Source: Chrysomallon squamiferum (taxonomy: Eukaryota; Animalia; Mollusca). Taken from it: a DNA stretch of 64,000 nucleotides. Within the stretch, counting starts at the first letter, position 1; every line of letters starts with the position of its first letter. Below are positions 23,622 to 39,252 of this stretch, one piece after another. Under the pieces are notes generated by a model. That model did no database searches, was not told the DNA's origin, and saw nothing but the letters and a program-made list of their open reading frames with translations. The translations under genes and the position numbers were made by a program. The stretch lies in assembly GCA_012295275.1 (NCBI GenBank), contig CM022678.1, positions 19,964,001-20,028,000 of the forward strand, read 5' to 3'.

Positions 23622-25830
23622 CACATACATACACATATACATATTTTACACACACACACACATTTATATATATATACACACACACACCCAAACATATATA
23701 CATTCCCCCTTATTAATGAAGTACACTTCAAACACTTCAGCAGTGTATGGTTAAAGATAACATTTTGAACATCAAAAAAAAAAAATTTGTTTCCTTATAT
23801 GTGCACATGCACACATACAGAAATATAATTCCGTTATTATTGAATTAATCTAAAAACAATTTTAATTAAACAGTTTTAAATTATTTATTAATGGAATCTG
23901 TGTATATGCCAATTTGAAAAAAAAATTGAAGAATGATTTGGCTTGGAATATCCTTTTGGTTTTGCATGTTTGTAGTTTAATAAAAATAATTCTGTTTTTC
24001 ATAATATTAAAATTGATCAGATATGACTTGGTATATAAATAATTCTATAATTTATTATAATTTATCAACTAAAAATATCAATATTGTTGATAACAATGCA
24101 CCGATTATAAAATAATAACAACAGAAATATCGAACTCGGACATGCAACCTCATGATTTCTATTGTGTATTAATTTGATATTCCCTGTGGTACCAATACTT
24201 TGCTAGTTAGATCAAAGCTTGGTGGAGGCAGTTGGCGTGACCTAGCTTTCACCAGCCATTAATACTGAACTGGTTATGACTGTTAACAAGCCATATTTGC
24301 ATTGAGTGTTTTAATTCAATAATAAACTGATTCAATTTGCTCTTGATTGAATTGCATTCGCATCGAACTTTTGACACAATGACGAATTAAATTACGTTGG
24401 GAGCATTTGTTTCTTTGTTGTCGTGTTCACTTTATATTTGTGGTGACATTGTTACTTGTTTTGAAAATGTAAAATATTGGATAAAACCAAAATAAATTTC
24501 AATATTGTTATGCTTAAATGGAGTCCTTTACTGATTTGGTTTTATTCTTAGATTGATTCATTCTTGCTGGGTTTTTTTTTTTATAGAATCTTTGTCAGAT
24601 GTTCTAAATTCTATGAAGATTTTCTTGCTTTTTTTAAAATTATTTTTTAAAATGTACTATATGTCTTCAATCTCTACCTTATAAAAAAAACTGAATTGTT
24701 CAGTAAATTTGGTTTTAATAATACATTGATATGTATTACACATAGGAATTGGTTTTTCATGTTGTAACGGCCATCAGGTTTCAATTAATAGTCTTCAATT
24801 TCTACCTTATAAAAAAACCCCACCTGAACTGTTTAGTAATACATTATTTATCTATTCATTTATTTTTTTGTTTTGTTATTTAATACATGTATTGTTACAC
24901 TTGGACCATTGTCATAGGAATTGCTTGCTGGCTTTCAACAGTTCTTTTTTCTGTTGTAATTCCTGTGCTCGACTTCTGGCATTTTACAACTGTCACATCA
25001 GAAAACCCAGTTGACTGAAACTGATTGTGTTTGACAGTTAGCCCATCAATAAAATATAGCCCAGTTGTAAAATGGTCACCTCATGTGTTGGTTAGACTTG
25101 GACCAAGAACAGCTGGTGGCCCAGTGAGGCAGTTTTCTTCAGTTGGATCGAAGTATTAAAGTAATGACATTTGTATTTCCATCTTTAGTAACCATTTTTT
25201 ACATATAGAGATATACACATTCATAGATACATACAAACACACAGCCATTCATACATACATACTTACATATACACATACATTCATACACGCACATATACAT
25301 ACATATATAAATATGTGTGTGTGTGGTGTGTACAGGAATGTATACACATACAAACAAAAGTTCCGCATCACTAAATGTATTGGCTTTCAAATGAAACCCT
25401 TATTTGATGAATTTGATGAGCACTCAACTGTCAGTGTCAAAAAAATAAAAAAAAATGTAATAATAAAATTAAAATTACTGTAACTGAGTATGACATAAAA
25501 CTTTTTATTCCCTTTTATTATTATTTTTTTAACACAGTCTGTTTCAGTTTTTGTTAATAATAAAAAAAATAAAAGGAAAATGACTGACCTTTTCCTGCTG
25601 CGAAATTAGGATAATTACTTACGATTATTCGTTAGTTATTATTAATAATTTATCAAGGACAAGCTAATGATGATGTGAAATGTTTGTGGACTGGCATTTA
25701 CTTGGAGAGCAACATGTGCAATTAAGAAAATTACCATCGTAAAATATCAATTAATAAAAAATAAAAATAAAAGTCTTAATAAACCAAAATAAAGTTAAAG
25801 TTAAAGTTCATGTTTGTAAGTCTGGACTGA

Positions 25831-25884
<54 letters not shown>

Positions 25885-26046
25885 AAAAACAATAATAATA
25901 AACAAGAATAATATAAAGCAAAAATTAACATTGAAACTGTCAAAAACTTTTCATACTATTGCTTATAACTATGGGTTATTTTAGAAGCCTACACTGTTAA
26001 TTACTATTTACTGTTTTGTTGTGTGTGAATATATAAGCATAGTGTG

Positions 26047-26078
<32 letters not shown>

Positions 26079-27273
26079 CTGATTATTATATTTCAAGTAT
26101 TTATCACAGCAGTTTGCACTTAGAGAACTCTTGATGTCAGTTTTGTCAAGTTAAAGAACTTTGGCTACAATTTAGACAACTCTATTACTTATTATTTCCG
26201 TGACTACGAAATTTAGTGAGATCTTTATGAAAACATCAATGTAGCAGCACAGGTGTCAAATTAAAAACAATAAAATGCTGAGCAGGTTGTCAAATTCAAT
26301 CAATAACACAGGTTAGATACAGTCGTTAATTGGCACTCAAGGGGAAAGTGAGTAATTAATTGGACACTTAATGATTACAGGGTGACACATGCCTGCTGTG
26401 AGTATTCAGCAGCTGATATTGGAAGCATTTGTCTTAATTTGATATTCATTAATCTGCTCATGAATATATTTCTGTTTGTGAATGTAATGTAAAATTTGGA
26501 AGCATTAACATAATTACACATGCACATGAACACACACATGCACAGACACATGCACGTTTACCCAGATATTTGATTGCCAGTATTTGTTGTTTAAGCTATG
26601 GATATCATTAAACATTTATTTATTTTATACTTGTAATAAATGATATAGCTTTATTTCATTTTATTACAGATAAATAATAAAAAAATAATGAAAAAATAAA
26701 AAATACAAGAAGAAAACCTACATTAAAATCTGCATGTCCCCATTTCCCCCAGAGAGCAAACAAGATGAAAGAAAAATTTAGAAAAATGTAATTTAGAAAA
26801 TGACAGCATATTTAAAAAAAAAAAAAATTACATTATTCCTCTTTTGATTGTTTTACAATAAAAGTGAATTAAATTTACACCAAGTAATCATGCATACAAT
26901 ACAAGAGCTTTACTTTAATTATCATTAATCATGAAATACAGGTAACTTATTTTAACAACAGCTAGCCATGCATACAGTATATGTGACTGATTTATGTTCA
27001 TACCATATACAATACACAAGCCTCAAGTGACACTAACTATTCACTGTAAATGTCATACCCTTTATGACTGTGCATACTGAAACTCACTGAGCTGCCTTTA
27101 ACATTCATTTTATTAGTCTTATTCTTTCACACTGTCACACTGGGAATCAGGGTTTTTAATGTAAATTAATAAATTGGGACATTTTCCAGATCTGTAGCAG
27201 TTCATGGAGTCTGTGGACTGCGGTGCATCTGCTGAAGATTTTATATATATATATCTACATATACATATATATA

Positions 27274-27310
<37 letters not shown>

Positions 27311-28848
27311 TATTTTGTTAAAATATTTTTAAGGCAGTTCCCATGACTTGCCAATAAGGCTTGTTTAACTGTGTGAACGTGCTTGTAAATCAGCCATGGT
27401 ATTCGTTTTTTTATTTCTACTTTCGAGTTAAATATTTAAAAAAAAAGAAAAAAAAAAGAAAAAAAATACCTCTATAATACTTTCAAGAAACTTAAGAGTT
27501 AAATCTTTTCAAAAGACCAGTTAATCATTGTTTTATGTTGGCACAGTTGCAGATTATGGAAACCATCTTTCATCACATTATTTATAAGCATTGTCTCTTA
27601 TAAGCTTTAGCATACCTATTGCACCAGAAATGTCAAGAAAGATGTTTTTGGACTTTAAATATAGTTATATACAGTCTGGTTTAGTGTAATTTCTTTTCTT
27701 CAATACTTAATATTTAACTGACTTCATTTTTTGCTCTTTTTTTTTTTTCTGTAATAATAATATCATTTTTAAAAATAGTGTAGAAAATGAGTCACTGTTT
27801 CTACAGATTAAAGTTTTGATTATGCAGCAGACCAAAAAAAAAAAACTGTTTATAAAATAAATACTAGAACACTTGGAGAAAGTTCTTAGATTAATTGACC
27901 TGTAGTTGTTAAGTACTTACATCCTAGATCAAATATCAAAGAAGCTAAATTACAGTACATTCCTGTACCAATCCCTTGCATTTAGAGCTTAGACCTCATT
28001 GCACTAATAACTGTAGGCAGTGGGTATATCTCAGACAGGGAATCATATTTTTATACCCATACTCTATATATATATTCTTTTCTGTCTGTAGGCATTCTTA
28101 AAAAAGCTGACAAAAAAAAAAAAAAAATCTGTTTTAATTTATAGACCTGCAAAGCTTTTAACCTGAAGGTATTGCTCTATAGATTCTTTTTCTTTTAGTT
28201 TCAGGCACATCTGCATACCATACAGCAATCGTCTTATAAAAACAATAGGTGTGTGTGTGTGCATTCGACAATATTTTAATTAAAAAACCACAGTTTATAA
28301 TGCTGAAGTTACCAATACACTTTTTCCCCACAGTAATGGTACTGTTATATATATCTATCAGTTTGGAAGCTTCTCAGTACTGCCTACATGCATCTGATAA
28401 TATTGTAGTTTGGGCATAGCTTGTTGTGTTGAAATTACCCACAAGCATGCCTGTGAAGTTGACATAATTGTCCTGTCTCTCCACCTGATTCAAATTTAGC
28501 ACTAACTGCATGCAGCTGCAGTGGGACTCTGTGAAACAAGACAGGGCAGAGTACACAGGCAGTGTTTACTTTGACTAATTCTGTAAACTGTACAACCAGA
28601 CCCACATAAAAGAATACATAGACTTACTGTGTCTTAGCCACAGGGTAGAGTGTAATGTCAGTTACCAATGTCATACTGATGGGTAATGTTATATCACTGT
28701 CATACTCATAGGTAGTGTTATAATCATTGTTATATTCATATGGATCATAATCATGTTTAGTTTTATATATTGTGTTAAATATTTATATTCATAGGCAGTA
28801 TAATAATATGTCGTAACCATAGGCTGTGTAATATGATAATGTCATACT

Positions 28849-28980
28849 GTAGTCTTATATGATAATATCATACATATAGTCTTATATGATAATGTCATAC
28901 ATGTAGTCTTATATGATAATATCATACATGTAGTCTTATATGATAATGTCATACATTTAGTCTTATATGATAATGTCCTA
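28849..28980. repeat. ~27-bp minisatellite
   Basis: tagtcttatatgataatgtcatacatg, about 5 copies, with degenerate flanks. Confidence 0.9.
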
Positions 28981-30363
28981 TAAGCATAGGCAGTGTTATT
29001 TTATAACAATAGGCAGCTTCAAATATCATGTACTTGCAGGTCTTGATATGTCACATTATCATAGACAGAGTTTTCATACTCACAGACATACATTATATGT
29101 CACTTCATTTATCGTGTCATAGTCACAGGCAGTGTTATAATCACAATATCATAAGTAATGGAATGATTTACATAATTTATCATGTTGCTTGTACGTACAA
29201 ACATTTCTATATACCTACATTATATTGTAAGTAAAACTCAGAGACTGTGTGTGTGTATATTTATAAATAGAAGCCAGTATATCTTAATCCATATCTACAG
29301 AGACTGAAAATATCTTGTGTCATCCAGCAATATGATACACATTTGACATAGCCCTGTATATTATAAATACTACAGCTGTGTAGATGTATATATTACAAAA
29401 TTTTATCAACTCAGTGTGGTAAAGAATATGATGATGATATCAGTACTGTAACTTGTATCTAATAAGGTAGAGGGAGAAAAAAAAAAATTATCTTTTTGAA
29501 AAGTAAGTTTTCAAGGACTGTTTTCCATCAAACCCAATGTTTGACACTTAGATTGAGTCTTAAATTTATTTATTTATTTACATAGATGAGTTATCAACTG
29601 AATGTGGTGAGACTATAAAAACAATATAATTTAAATGAATTGTTCTTGAAAAAAATTGAAAAAGAAAATATGATTTTATTATATTTTTCAAAACTAAATA
29701 ATGGCAAGATTATTGTCCGAATTAAATAGCTTAAGTAGGGATTATTATTTTTTTTCATATTTTGATAACAGTGTCAATTTTATAATATTTATCTCTTTTT
29801 TTTCACTACATCACTGAATTCAAGTGTTGTTAAGTTTTTGGTATAACTGACAGTTAACAGTTTTATCATGTTATGATAGTGCATGAAAAATATCTTTGTT
29901 AGCTGGCTTTTAAAAGGTTAGATTTGACAGTTTTCACACAAATGACCTTTGTAGTTAGGTTAGATTTATAATGTAATTGAGCTACAGGATTGGTCGTAGT
30001 TTCATAAACTTGAAAGTGAACAAATATTTTAATTTTGAACAATATATTTCTTTATGGTAATATCTGTGTGTATGTGTGTTTATAACTAATTTTCTATAGC
30101 AAGCAAAAAAAAAAAAAAAAAAAAAAAAATTCATCCTGTAAATTTAGTCCATAAAGATATTGTATTATGAAAGATATTTAGAACTATTCTGAAGATTTAT
30201 AAATGTTACTGTACTTGTTACAGCAACCACCACAAAATAATCCTAATTTAAGTTTTTAAAAATATGTCATTGTTACTGATGTATTGGAAAATTTGAGAAT
30301 TTATAAATAATGTTTTCTGTTCCGAATCAACAACCAAAATAAAAGTTTAACAGGACACAAAAT

Positions 30364-30634
30364 AACTTTCTATATTGATAATTAGGAAAGTTTGAGGATC
30401 TATAAAAAAAAAAAAAAAATATGCATATAAATAAAATGTTCTATGATTCAGTAGTCAGTTAAGTGGAATATTTTGTACTGCATTGCTACAAGCTAACAAA
30501 AACGTAACTGTCTATATTGATAATTAGGAAAGTTTGAGGATCTATGAAAAAAAAATATGCCCATAAAAATAAATGAGTAGTCAGTTAAGTGGAATATTTT
30601 GTACTGCACTGCTACAAGCTAACAAAAACGTAAC
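30364..30634. repeat. ~140-bp tandem duplication
   Basis: tctatattgataattaggaaagtttgaggatctat...gtagtcagttaagtggaatattttgtactgca.tgctacaagctaacaaaaacgtaac occurs twice. Confidence 0.9.
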
Positions 30635-30795
30635 CTTGTTGATCACATTTAAAAAGGTTAGTTTTTATTATAATTGACATTTGCAGCAGGTTGACATTTC
30701 GATACTGATTTTTCTGTTCTGACCAGGCTGCCTGCTGTTTTTATAACAACCCACAATCATTTGTCAGGCTGCAGTTCAGCATGCGGTTTAATGAC

Positions 30796-30948
30796 AGACG
30801 GAGAGACAGACTCAGTGGGTGCATTTGACGTAAAAGAAACAGCTAGTTTTACGACTGATATATTTTTTAAAGAATTTATAATAGAAATTTTGTAACAGTA
30901 AACAGTGATTGTTGCAGAAGGACAGAGATGTGTTTGATAACCATACCA
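30796..30948 (+). repeat. ~150-bp dispersed direct repeat, copy 2
   Basis: Colinear, moderately diverged match to 23473-23621. Confidence 0.85.
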
Positions 30949-30959
30949 TAAGACTTGAA

Positions 30960-31165
30960 TCTTCATTTAGGATGGGCTTGTTTAACAACAGCCATTCATA
31001 TCTTTATATAGGATAGAATTTAGGAAACATGCACAGTCATATCTTTATTTAGGATAGACTTTTTGGAAAATACACAGTCATATCTTTATTTAGGAAAAAC
31101 TTTTTTGAAAATACACAATCATATCTTTAGTTAGAACAGACTTGTTTCAAGACATATAGTCATTT
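30960..31165. repeat. ~41-bp minisatellite
   Basis: catatctttatttaggatagactttttggaaaatacacagt-like unit, about 4-5 copies. Confidence 0.8.
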
Positions 31166-32590
31166 CATTTAAGCTGTTTTATTAAATGTAAAAAAAACCA
31201 ACAAAGTTCTGTCTTGTTAATACTAATATTTTCACTTACTTTAGATGAAGAATAACAATTTTAAAATTTTACTTAATAACTGCAGAAAATTCAGACAGGC
31301 CAATTAAGAGAAACATGTTTGTTTAACGTGCCTTGTTTTGACTTCATTTAACAGATACTGTCATATGGACTAACAACTTTGCTCATCATACATTATTTAT
31401 TACTGATAATTACTGTTTTGTCTTTGCCTAATTCTTAAATGATCTTTTTTTAGATTTATTCCAGCTAAGAATAACAGTTTTGTTTAACATGCATTATTTC
31501 CTAATAATGCAGTTTGGGGTTTTCTTGATTTAGCTGTGATATTGTCTTTGCCTTTAGGCCAAGTGAGCATAACAATTTTGCTTGGCACATCTAAGTTTGT
31601 AGTCAGTTATGTGTCATAACGATTTATCATAATCATCATTATCATTTTATTTATTTATTTATTTTTAAACATTATTTTTATTATTATTATTTAAAAAAGT
31701 CAAAACAAATGTTTTGGCAGTAATAGTATTGTTTTTACAGCAGTTTGCAGATTTTTAACTGAAATAACAAGTAATTAATATAATAAAAAATCACGTAACA
31801 TCATGTTTTAAAATAGGACTGACGTTATGTCCATATTATTCTGCAGTAGTAAGACAGTGTTGTTTTTTAACAGCAGTTTGTAATCTAAGACTCAAAATAA
31901 CAAGTAATACACTGATAATCATCTGTTTTAACAGTGAGGGTTAATGTTCTAAAATAATGAAGTCATTTTGTTCAGTCTTTATTATTTTGCTGTTGTTTTT
32001 GATAGCAGTTAGTAATTGCTGAATAATAGCACTTCTTAATGCTAAAATAACAGTTAATGTAATAAAAATCACATGTTGTTACAGAGAAGGTTAATGTTGT
32101 TTTAAAACAATGTGGTTGTTTTGTTTATTATTTCACAGTAGCAAGATCATTTAGTAGCATTTTGTAATTGTATTCTTAACACCAGCAGCTAAATACCATA
32201 CAGTCTAACACAAGTATTATTACTGTCAAAACAGTGTTGTTGTTTTGTTTAACAGGCATTATTTTCTAATAACTGGTTTGTTTTTGTATGGTGTTAATTC
32301 TTAAACATTACAATGTCAGTGAAACCTGTTATTTATTTTAATACCTAATTTTAATAATTAACTGTATTTATTAAAATGTCTGTGAAAGCCATAATTTTAA
32401 TAGTGGTCTGTATTTGTTTTTATGAAATGTTTAAAAAATAATATTTTTTTTTTATTAGCTAAAGTAACAAATGGGGAGTTAAGGATCATATATCATACAA
32501 TATGAAATGTTAATATCTGTCAAAAACTGTCATCATTATTTTCTTTAATATAATAATTAACAATGCTTTTCTTTTCTTGAATTTTAAAAC

Positions 32591-32630
<40 letters not shown>

Positions 32631-33964
32631 TAATTTAAATAATTTTTTTTTAGCAAGTAAACTAAAAGTTAGTTAGTAATGAGAGAAATAAATAAGTTTT
32701 CTAACAAAAAAATTATCATTTTATAGCATTGTCTGAAATTTTCATAAAGTTAAGGATGGTATTGCAAGGTTAACTATTGTTTTAAACATACATCAGCTGA
32801 TAACATCACAAGAGTTAACACTGCCTCACACTTGCATGCACTGATAACACTGAAAGGGTTAACATTGTCTAAAAAACACCAGTCTTTGGACAAGACTGTT
32901 ATCAGGAGTCCTCAGGCCACTGGTCAGTTGTTGTATTTTTTTATCTGATGGTCAAAGTCTTCACACCAAACGTCCATCCACTCAACAAGACCCCACTGTT
33001 GTTTGTTTATAAATACAGCTTTTTATTATAACTGGCTACAGCTGGATGGACAAGCTGAAGGGAAACCACTAAATCACTTCTTCACTAAATTGAGAGACGT
33101 CTTTGAAATTCTGGATGGCTTTATCATGTTCACGTACTTCAAATATTTCTTTTTTCACAGTGAATTAAGTTTTTTTTTTTTTTAATCACTTGAGCTGAAA
33201 GCACAGACCTCAGCAGTGATTATTAATAGTCATACTTCCTAAACCTTTTATTTGTACAGTCAGATTAAATGCTGGTTATTACTTTTTGATCAGGTGTTTG
33301 GATGAAGTGATAAAAATTATATGAATATTTTTTTTTTTACTAATATCATTTGTTAAGTTTTCATCAGGTATTTGGAAATGGAAGAAGTGTATATATAAAA
33401 AAAGAAAAATATTTTTTAATATTTAGATGATGAGATAAGTATATATATTTTTAAGAACAAAGTCAAAGATATAATTAATTTTTGTTTTGTGATATTTCCT
33501 TTTTGATATTCACCACCAGCATTTTGTTTTCTTTTTAAAGTCTGTGTGTGTGTGTGTGTGATATTTTATTTATGTTCATTTATATTTAAATATGTGTTGT
33601 ATAAATTTTAACATTCAAACTCCTGATGTTTTTTCCTGATTGTTATTTAGTAGAAATTTTAAATCAGATATTTAAAATTTGATGTTGCATAAATACTAAG
33701 ATGCTGATATTCAAATAATTCTGATTTTAAATATACACAGATAAATGAGTAAACATGACATAATCTAAATTTATTATTATGAATTAACAATTATTTAATT
33801 TATAGTTGAATTAATGCATATTTTTATTTTTTTTATTTAGAAACATATTTAATAACTGACAGAAATATTTTTTATATATATATATATATATATATCTTTT
33901 ATGTGTATTTTCACCTCATTATTTTTTAATTTAGACAATAATTAGTTGTCAAGTCTGTATTTAT

Positions 33965-34205
33965 TATACACTCCCACTAGTTAGGCTATCTTTTACTAAT
34001 TAGCAGCAAGTCTTCTTTTATTTACATCTAACACTCAACAGGAAAAAAAAAACCCATAGCACACCTAGTAATAAACAAGTCAGCAATTAGAACAGGAAAT
34101 GAGGTAATTGGTGCACTGGTGGAGACTAGATCATGTGACGCATCATGTGACACTAAATCATGCATCAGGTGATGTGTCTAACCTCTAAGCTGTACCCTCC
34201 ACTCC
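33965..34205 (-). mobile_element. Degenerate tRNA-derived SINE-like remnant
   Basis: Minus-strand head gggtacagcttagaggttagacac resembles a tRNA A-box. The body (attagcagcaag..cttttat..atagcaca..ggtgcactgg) resembles, from memory only, an abundant gastropod SINE. Confidence 0.4.
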
Positions 34206-34494
34206 TTGTTTTCTAATTAGAAATTAACCTGTCAGATCACCTGACTGGTCTTGTTTGTCAAGGTAACCTGTATTCTTTGGGAGGTGCCTGGTTAAGTCTT
34301 GAGATGGAAATTCCAAAAGGGTAAAAAATTTCCTCTGACTGCTGAGTAATGTAATAAGAACAATGGCAGCAAATGGTTAAAGGCTCCAATGAAAAAAACG
34401 TGCTTCCAGTTTTTGAGGCTGGCTCCAGTTGAGCTAACAGGTGCCTGGTGGTGAAAGTTTCTTATTGTCTTAGCCTAATACTGCTAATAAATAT

Positions 34495-34537
<43 letters not shown>

Positions 34538-35149
34538 CCCAGTAACACATATTTAATAATAATAATAATGGGAAATGGAAATAAGTAAAATCTGGGTGTC
34601 TGGCATGATAAATGTTTAGCCTGTGAGTTTGAGAGAGAGAAAGTTGTGTATGTCTGTGTGTGTGTGTGTGTGTGTGTAAGATATGGTATATAATATAACA
34701 AATACTGCAAAATAATTTTAATGAATTTTTAAACCTAATTTTATTTGGAAAAAATAGAATACTACAGTGATAATAATGTCAACAGTTTAATTCTCAGACC
34801 ATTGTTTAAAAATCTCAACTGTTTAAAATCTAAAAGTAGGATTATTTTGTTTTGGTTGTTGCAACAAGCAGAATATTATTTACGAAGCTGTATTTGTTTC
34901 TGTAACACACTTAAAGTATCATGTGATAGTCTTTAAAGTTTAATTATACAGAAACATTGAAATGACATTTAAATACGTAATGCACCATAGCATAAAGTTA
35001 TAAAATATAAACCTTGTTAAAGAACATTTAATTAAGGTATAACATTATGTGATTTTAATGCAGTCTGAGTTCTGTATTTCATGTAGATATATAAATAAAA
35101 TATGTGATAATGTTTTACAGTTTAAAACTATGTTTATGTAATAAAACAC

Positions 35150-35665
35150 ATCATGCACAGTAAGTTATCTAATTTAAAATGAAATATGTAAAGGCTACTG
35201 GTAATATTATTCAGTTTACGTAAAGTGTTTGAAAAATACAGTTCAATAGTCTCAGTTATACCAAATAATACATTTATATAAAATATACAACATGGAGAGA
35301 ACTAAAATGTGTTATCTAATTTAAACCATTTATTTATGTAAAATATACAGCATACAGTACTATAGAATGCTATCTGATTTAAACTATTTATTTATATAAA
35401 ATATACAGTACTGTAGTAGACTATCTAATTTAAACTATTTATTTATATAAATATACAGCATACAGTACTATACTAGCTAATTTAAACTATTTATTTATAT
35501 AAAATACACAGCACAGAGTACTACAGTATGTTATCTAATTTAAACTATATATGCATATATATAAAAAATATACAACATAGAGAGTACTACAGTAAGTTAT
35601 CTAATTTAAATTACATATTTATGTAAACATAAAAGTTTCTATAGCATGAAGTTAGCCAATTTAAA
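35150..35665. repeat. ~55-65-bp degenerate minisatellite
   Basis: Recurrent ttatctaatttaaactattttatttatataaaatatacagcatacagtacta. Confidence 0.8.
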
Positions 35666-36044
35666 CTCTATAACTCATAAAAGACTGGTAACAATGATCT
35701 ATTCAAAAAGTGCATGTTTGTGTTTAACATGGAGAGGAGCGATTGTGAAGTACTGTGTGATAATGTTATTCAGTATAAATCATGTTTTCAGTGTCTGAGG
35801 CAGGAATCAGTGGCTGCATTGTGTAAATATTTGAACAGAATTATGCCTGTCACTTTTGCTCGCATATTGTAAAAATATTCAAGTTACTGTGTGGGTTGGG
35901 ACCACGAATTATGCAGTTTGTGCTGGCAACATGCCCAAAAGCATGCTTTTCTGTTATAATTCACATTCTGAAATGAATGTTCAGCAAGATATACACACAC
36001 AGATTTAGATAGTTACAATTATACTGCTTATCTGGCAAGATAGT

Positions 36045-36083
<39 letters not shown>

Positions 36084-36566
36084 ATTTGATGAATTTGTTA
36101 TCTGTTAACTTATACAGATCATATAAATATATATACATATATATATAATTTAAAATTTCTTGATAAAGAATTTTGATATTAAATATATTAAAGATTTAGA
36201 ATATTCAGATTATTTTTATTTTATGTTTTAATATAAATAGTGCTTATTTCAGGGGTTATACTTATAGGTTAGCAATTAACTGAAATGAAGGTGTAGAATT
36301 TTGTTTTTAATTTTAAAAGGTGGATGAATATCCTGTCAAACAAGTAGTTTACATAGTAACAGATTTAGACAGTTCTGATTATGATGTGTGTTTGTGTTTT
36401 TCTGGTAATGTAGAATCTAATAACTAGAACGGAGGTGTACAATTTAGCTTTAAAAATATTCTAATAAAATTTACAGTATTAGTTTTATGTTAAAATTAAT
36501 ATGTGAATGGTTAGTATTGTTATAGCATATGAGTTGTTATGAATTAAATATACAAATATACACAGC

Positions 36567-36920
36567 ATTTCACTGTTTTGAATTAAATGTATTGTGAATA
36601 GTTAGTTTGTTATGAATTACACACAGTAACAAATATAGCTACTATTTCACTGTTTTGAATTAAATGTATTGTGAATAGTTAGTTTGTTATGAATTACACA
36701 CAGTAACAAATATAGCTACTATTTCACTGTTTTGAATTAAATGTATTGTGAATAGTTAGTTTGTTATGAATTACACACAGTAACAAGTATAGATACTATT
36801 TCACTGTTTTGAATTAAATGTATTGTGAATAGTTAGTTTGTTATGAATTACACACAGTAACAACTATAGCTACTATTTCACTGTTTTAGTGTGCTATGAA
36901 TTAAATGCATTGTGAATAGT
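36567..36920. repeat. 77-bp near-perfect tandem repeat (about 4.5 copies)
   Basis: atttcactgtttt starts at 36567, 36644, 36721, 36798 and 36875. Confidence 0.95.
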
Positions 36921-38459
36921 TACAACTTACACATATTAAGTACACAATATTTCTTGTTTTAAATCAAAAGAATCTCTTTCCAGCAAGCTTTCTGCAACAT
37001 AAACTTTTTGTATTAATTTTCTACAGTGGACTTCCACAAACCCAGTGATTTAGTAAAACATAAAAATCCAGCAACTTGCATAATAATGCAGTAAATAACT
37101 GTAACTTGATACTGCATCTGTATTCAATTTAGAATTAGGTTTCTTAGGCAACATGGATGGATTATATATATATAATGTGTGTTTGTGATGTTTTAGGCAA
37201 AGGTTGACTGAGTTTATTATGATTTATACTGAAATGAAGTATTATCTTTAAAATGTCTACCGTTGTATGCAGCATTTTAGAATTGGTTAGGTTTTAAATA
37301 TTCGATATGAATTACATTTGTATGTTTTGTGCTTAGAATTTTCACACATTTAAAATACATACATACATACTTACATATATATATATATATATTTATATGA
37401 AATAAATTTGTTAGAAATTAATATGGAAGCATATTAAATTATAACACACACCCAGACTATATATATATATATATATACATATCATTGCTATTTAATATAT
37501 ATACACAATATATGTTTACAGTGGTAATATACACTTGTCACATAATCTGTCTGTGTAATACACAATGTTTATGTTTACAGTTTTCTATATTAACATATCA
37601 CATACTTTGTCTAGTAATACACATTATTTATATGTTTACAATAGCAATACACAACTATATAGTTCACATACTTGCCTAGTAATACACATTACATATATGT
37701 TTACACACCTGTCTCTTTTATATTCATATGTTTACAATAGTAATACACAACCAAATTATTAACATACTTATCACATTATATATATATATAACAGTCACAG
37801 TATTGTATGACTTGAGATATCACCATACGTAACAGAATTAAATGTATGATTGTTAAATGTCCTGTCACAGTTTGTCTCGTCTGCATTGTGTACAGATTTA
37901 TCTCGAAGGATTAAAGGGGATACAGTAACATCGTGATTGATTCAGTTTCTTCATGCTCTGTCTCACACTTTGTTTGTTGTCTGTGTGACAGTATGGAACT
38001 CGTTCTTCACTGCACACAGTTCTGTAATGTTGAAGACCGGTACCTGGAAAGATGTTTCTACGTAGTTCAACATTTTTAATAGACGCAGTGGTTAGAATCA
38101 TTATTTCTACACATTTTAGGTGTTTTGATATGTTTTAATTCATAGGTTTCATATTTAGGAACTGAATATATGTTTATTTTAAAAATAAAATAAAAATAAT
38201 AAAAAATAAAAATTAATAACAATAAAGTTTATATTAAAACTAAATAAAATTAAAAAAAAGAATAAAAGTATGTTAACATTTTAAAATAAAATAATAAATA
38301 ATGAGCCAGTTTTGTAAGATTGTTTATAGCTGTAAATAGAAAGTTAATAACGATACATGCTGAATGACACTGAATGCATTTTAAACTGTTATTCATCATT
38401 ATGTAATTATGTGTTTTGTTTTGCTTTTATAGTTGTGAGAAAGTATCATCAACCTTTTC

Positions 38460-38496
<37 letters not shown>

Positions 38497-39221
38497 TTGA
38501 GGGAATATTTGTGTCTACAGATACAGAGAGGAGAAAGGGAAATAAAGGGTTGAAAAAAAGAGAAAAATAGATTGGTTAGGGGACAGAGTGAATGAGATAA
38601 AATTGATGAGGTCAGAGAATATAGTTGCTGAGTGTCTGTGAGTGTGTGTGTCTGTGTGTGTGAGTGTGTGAGTGTGCGCGTGTCTCTGTGTGTGACTGTG
38701 TGTGTGTGTGTGCGTGAGTGTGTGAGAGTGTGAGTGTAGTTAACCTTTTTGAAGAGAATGAAGAGCTGTTGGCAGGCATGAAGCGTTTTTCTAGAGGCAC
38801 ATTTTCATTTCTGAGTGGTGTAACCCACATGTTCCTGTAATGTCAATAACTTCTCTTTGTTCTAGTGGCAAGAACAGGAAAAAGCTCTTTTATCTTTACA
38901 AAAATAAATAAATAAATAAAAGAATGAATGAATAAATAAATAAATAAATAAATGAATAAATAATAATAATCATAATGATGATGATGATGATAATAATAAA
39001 TAAAAGAATAAAAAAATACAGGAAGTACCTTTTTTGTAAAAACGAATAAAAAGAAAAAAGTCAAACGTCAAAAAAAAACCCAAAAGCATAAAAAGCCTAC
39101 AACACACAAACACCAAAATAATAAAAAATACTTTTGCTGAATATATAAATTTAGAATTAAACTGCACTTTGAGACAAATGAAATAAATTTAATCACTTGT
39201 TTAAATAATAAATCCTTACAC

Positions 39222-39252
<31 letters not shown>

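Noticed and set aside
33003-33185. Possible cassette exon or TE fragment (LQLDGQAEGKPLNHFFTKLRDVFEILDGF)
   Set aside because: No similarity to EXT1 exon 2 or a known family, weak acceptor, and no phase-compatible donor identified.
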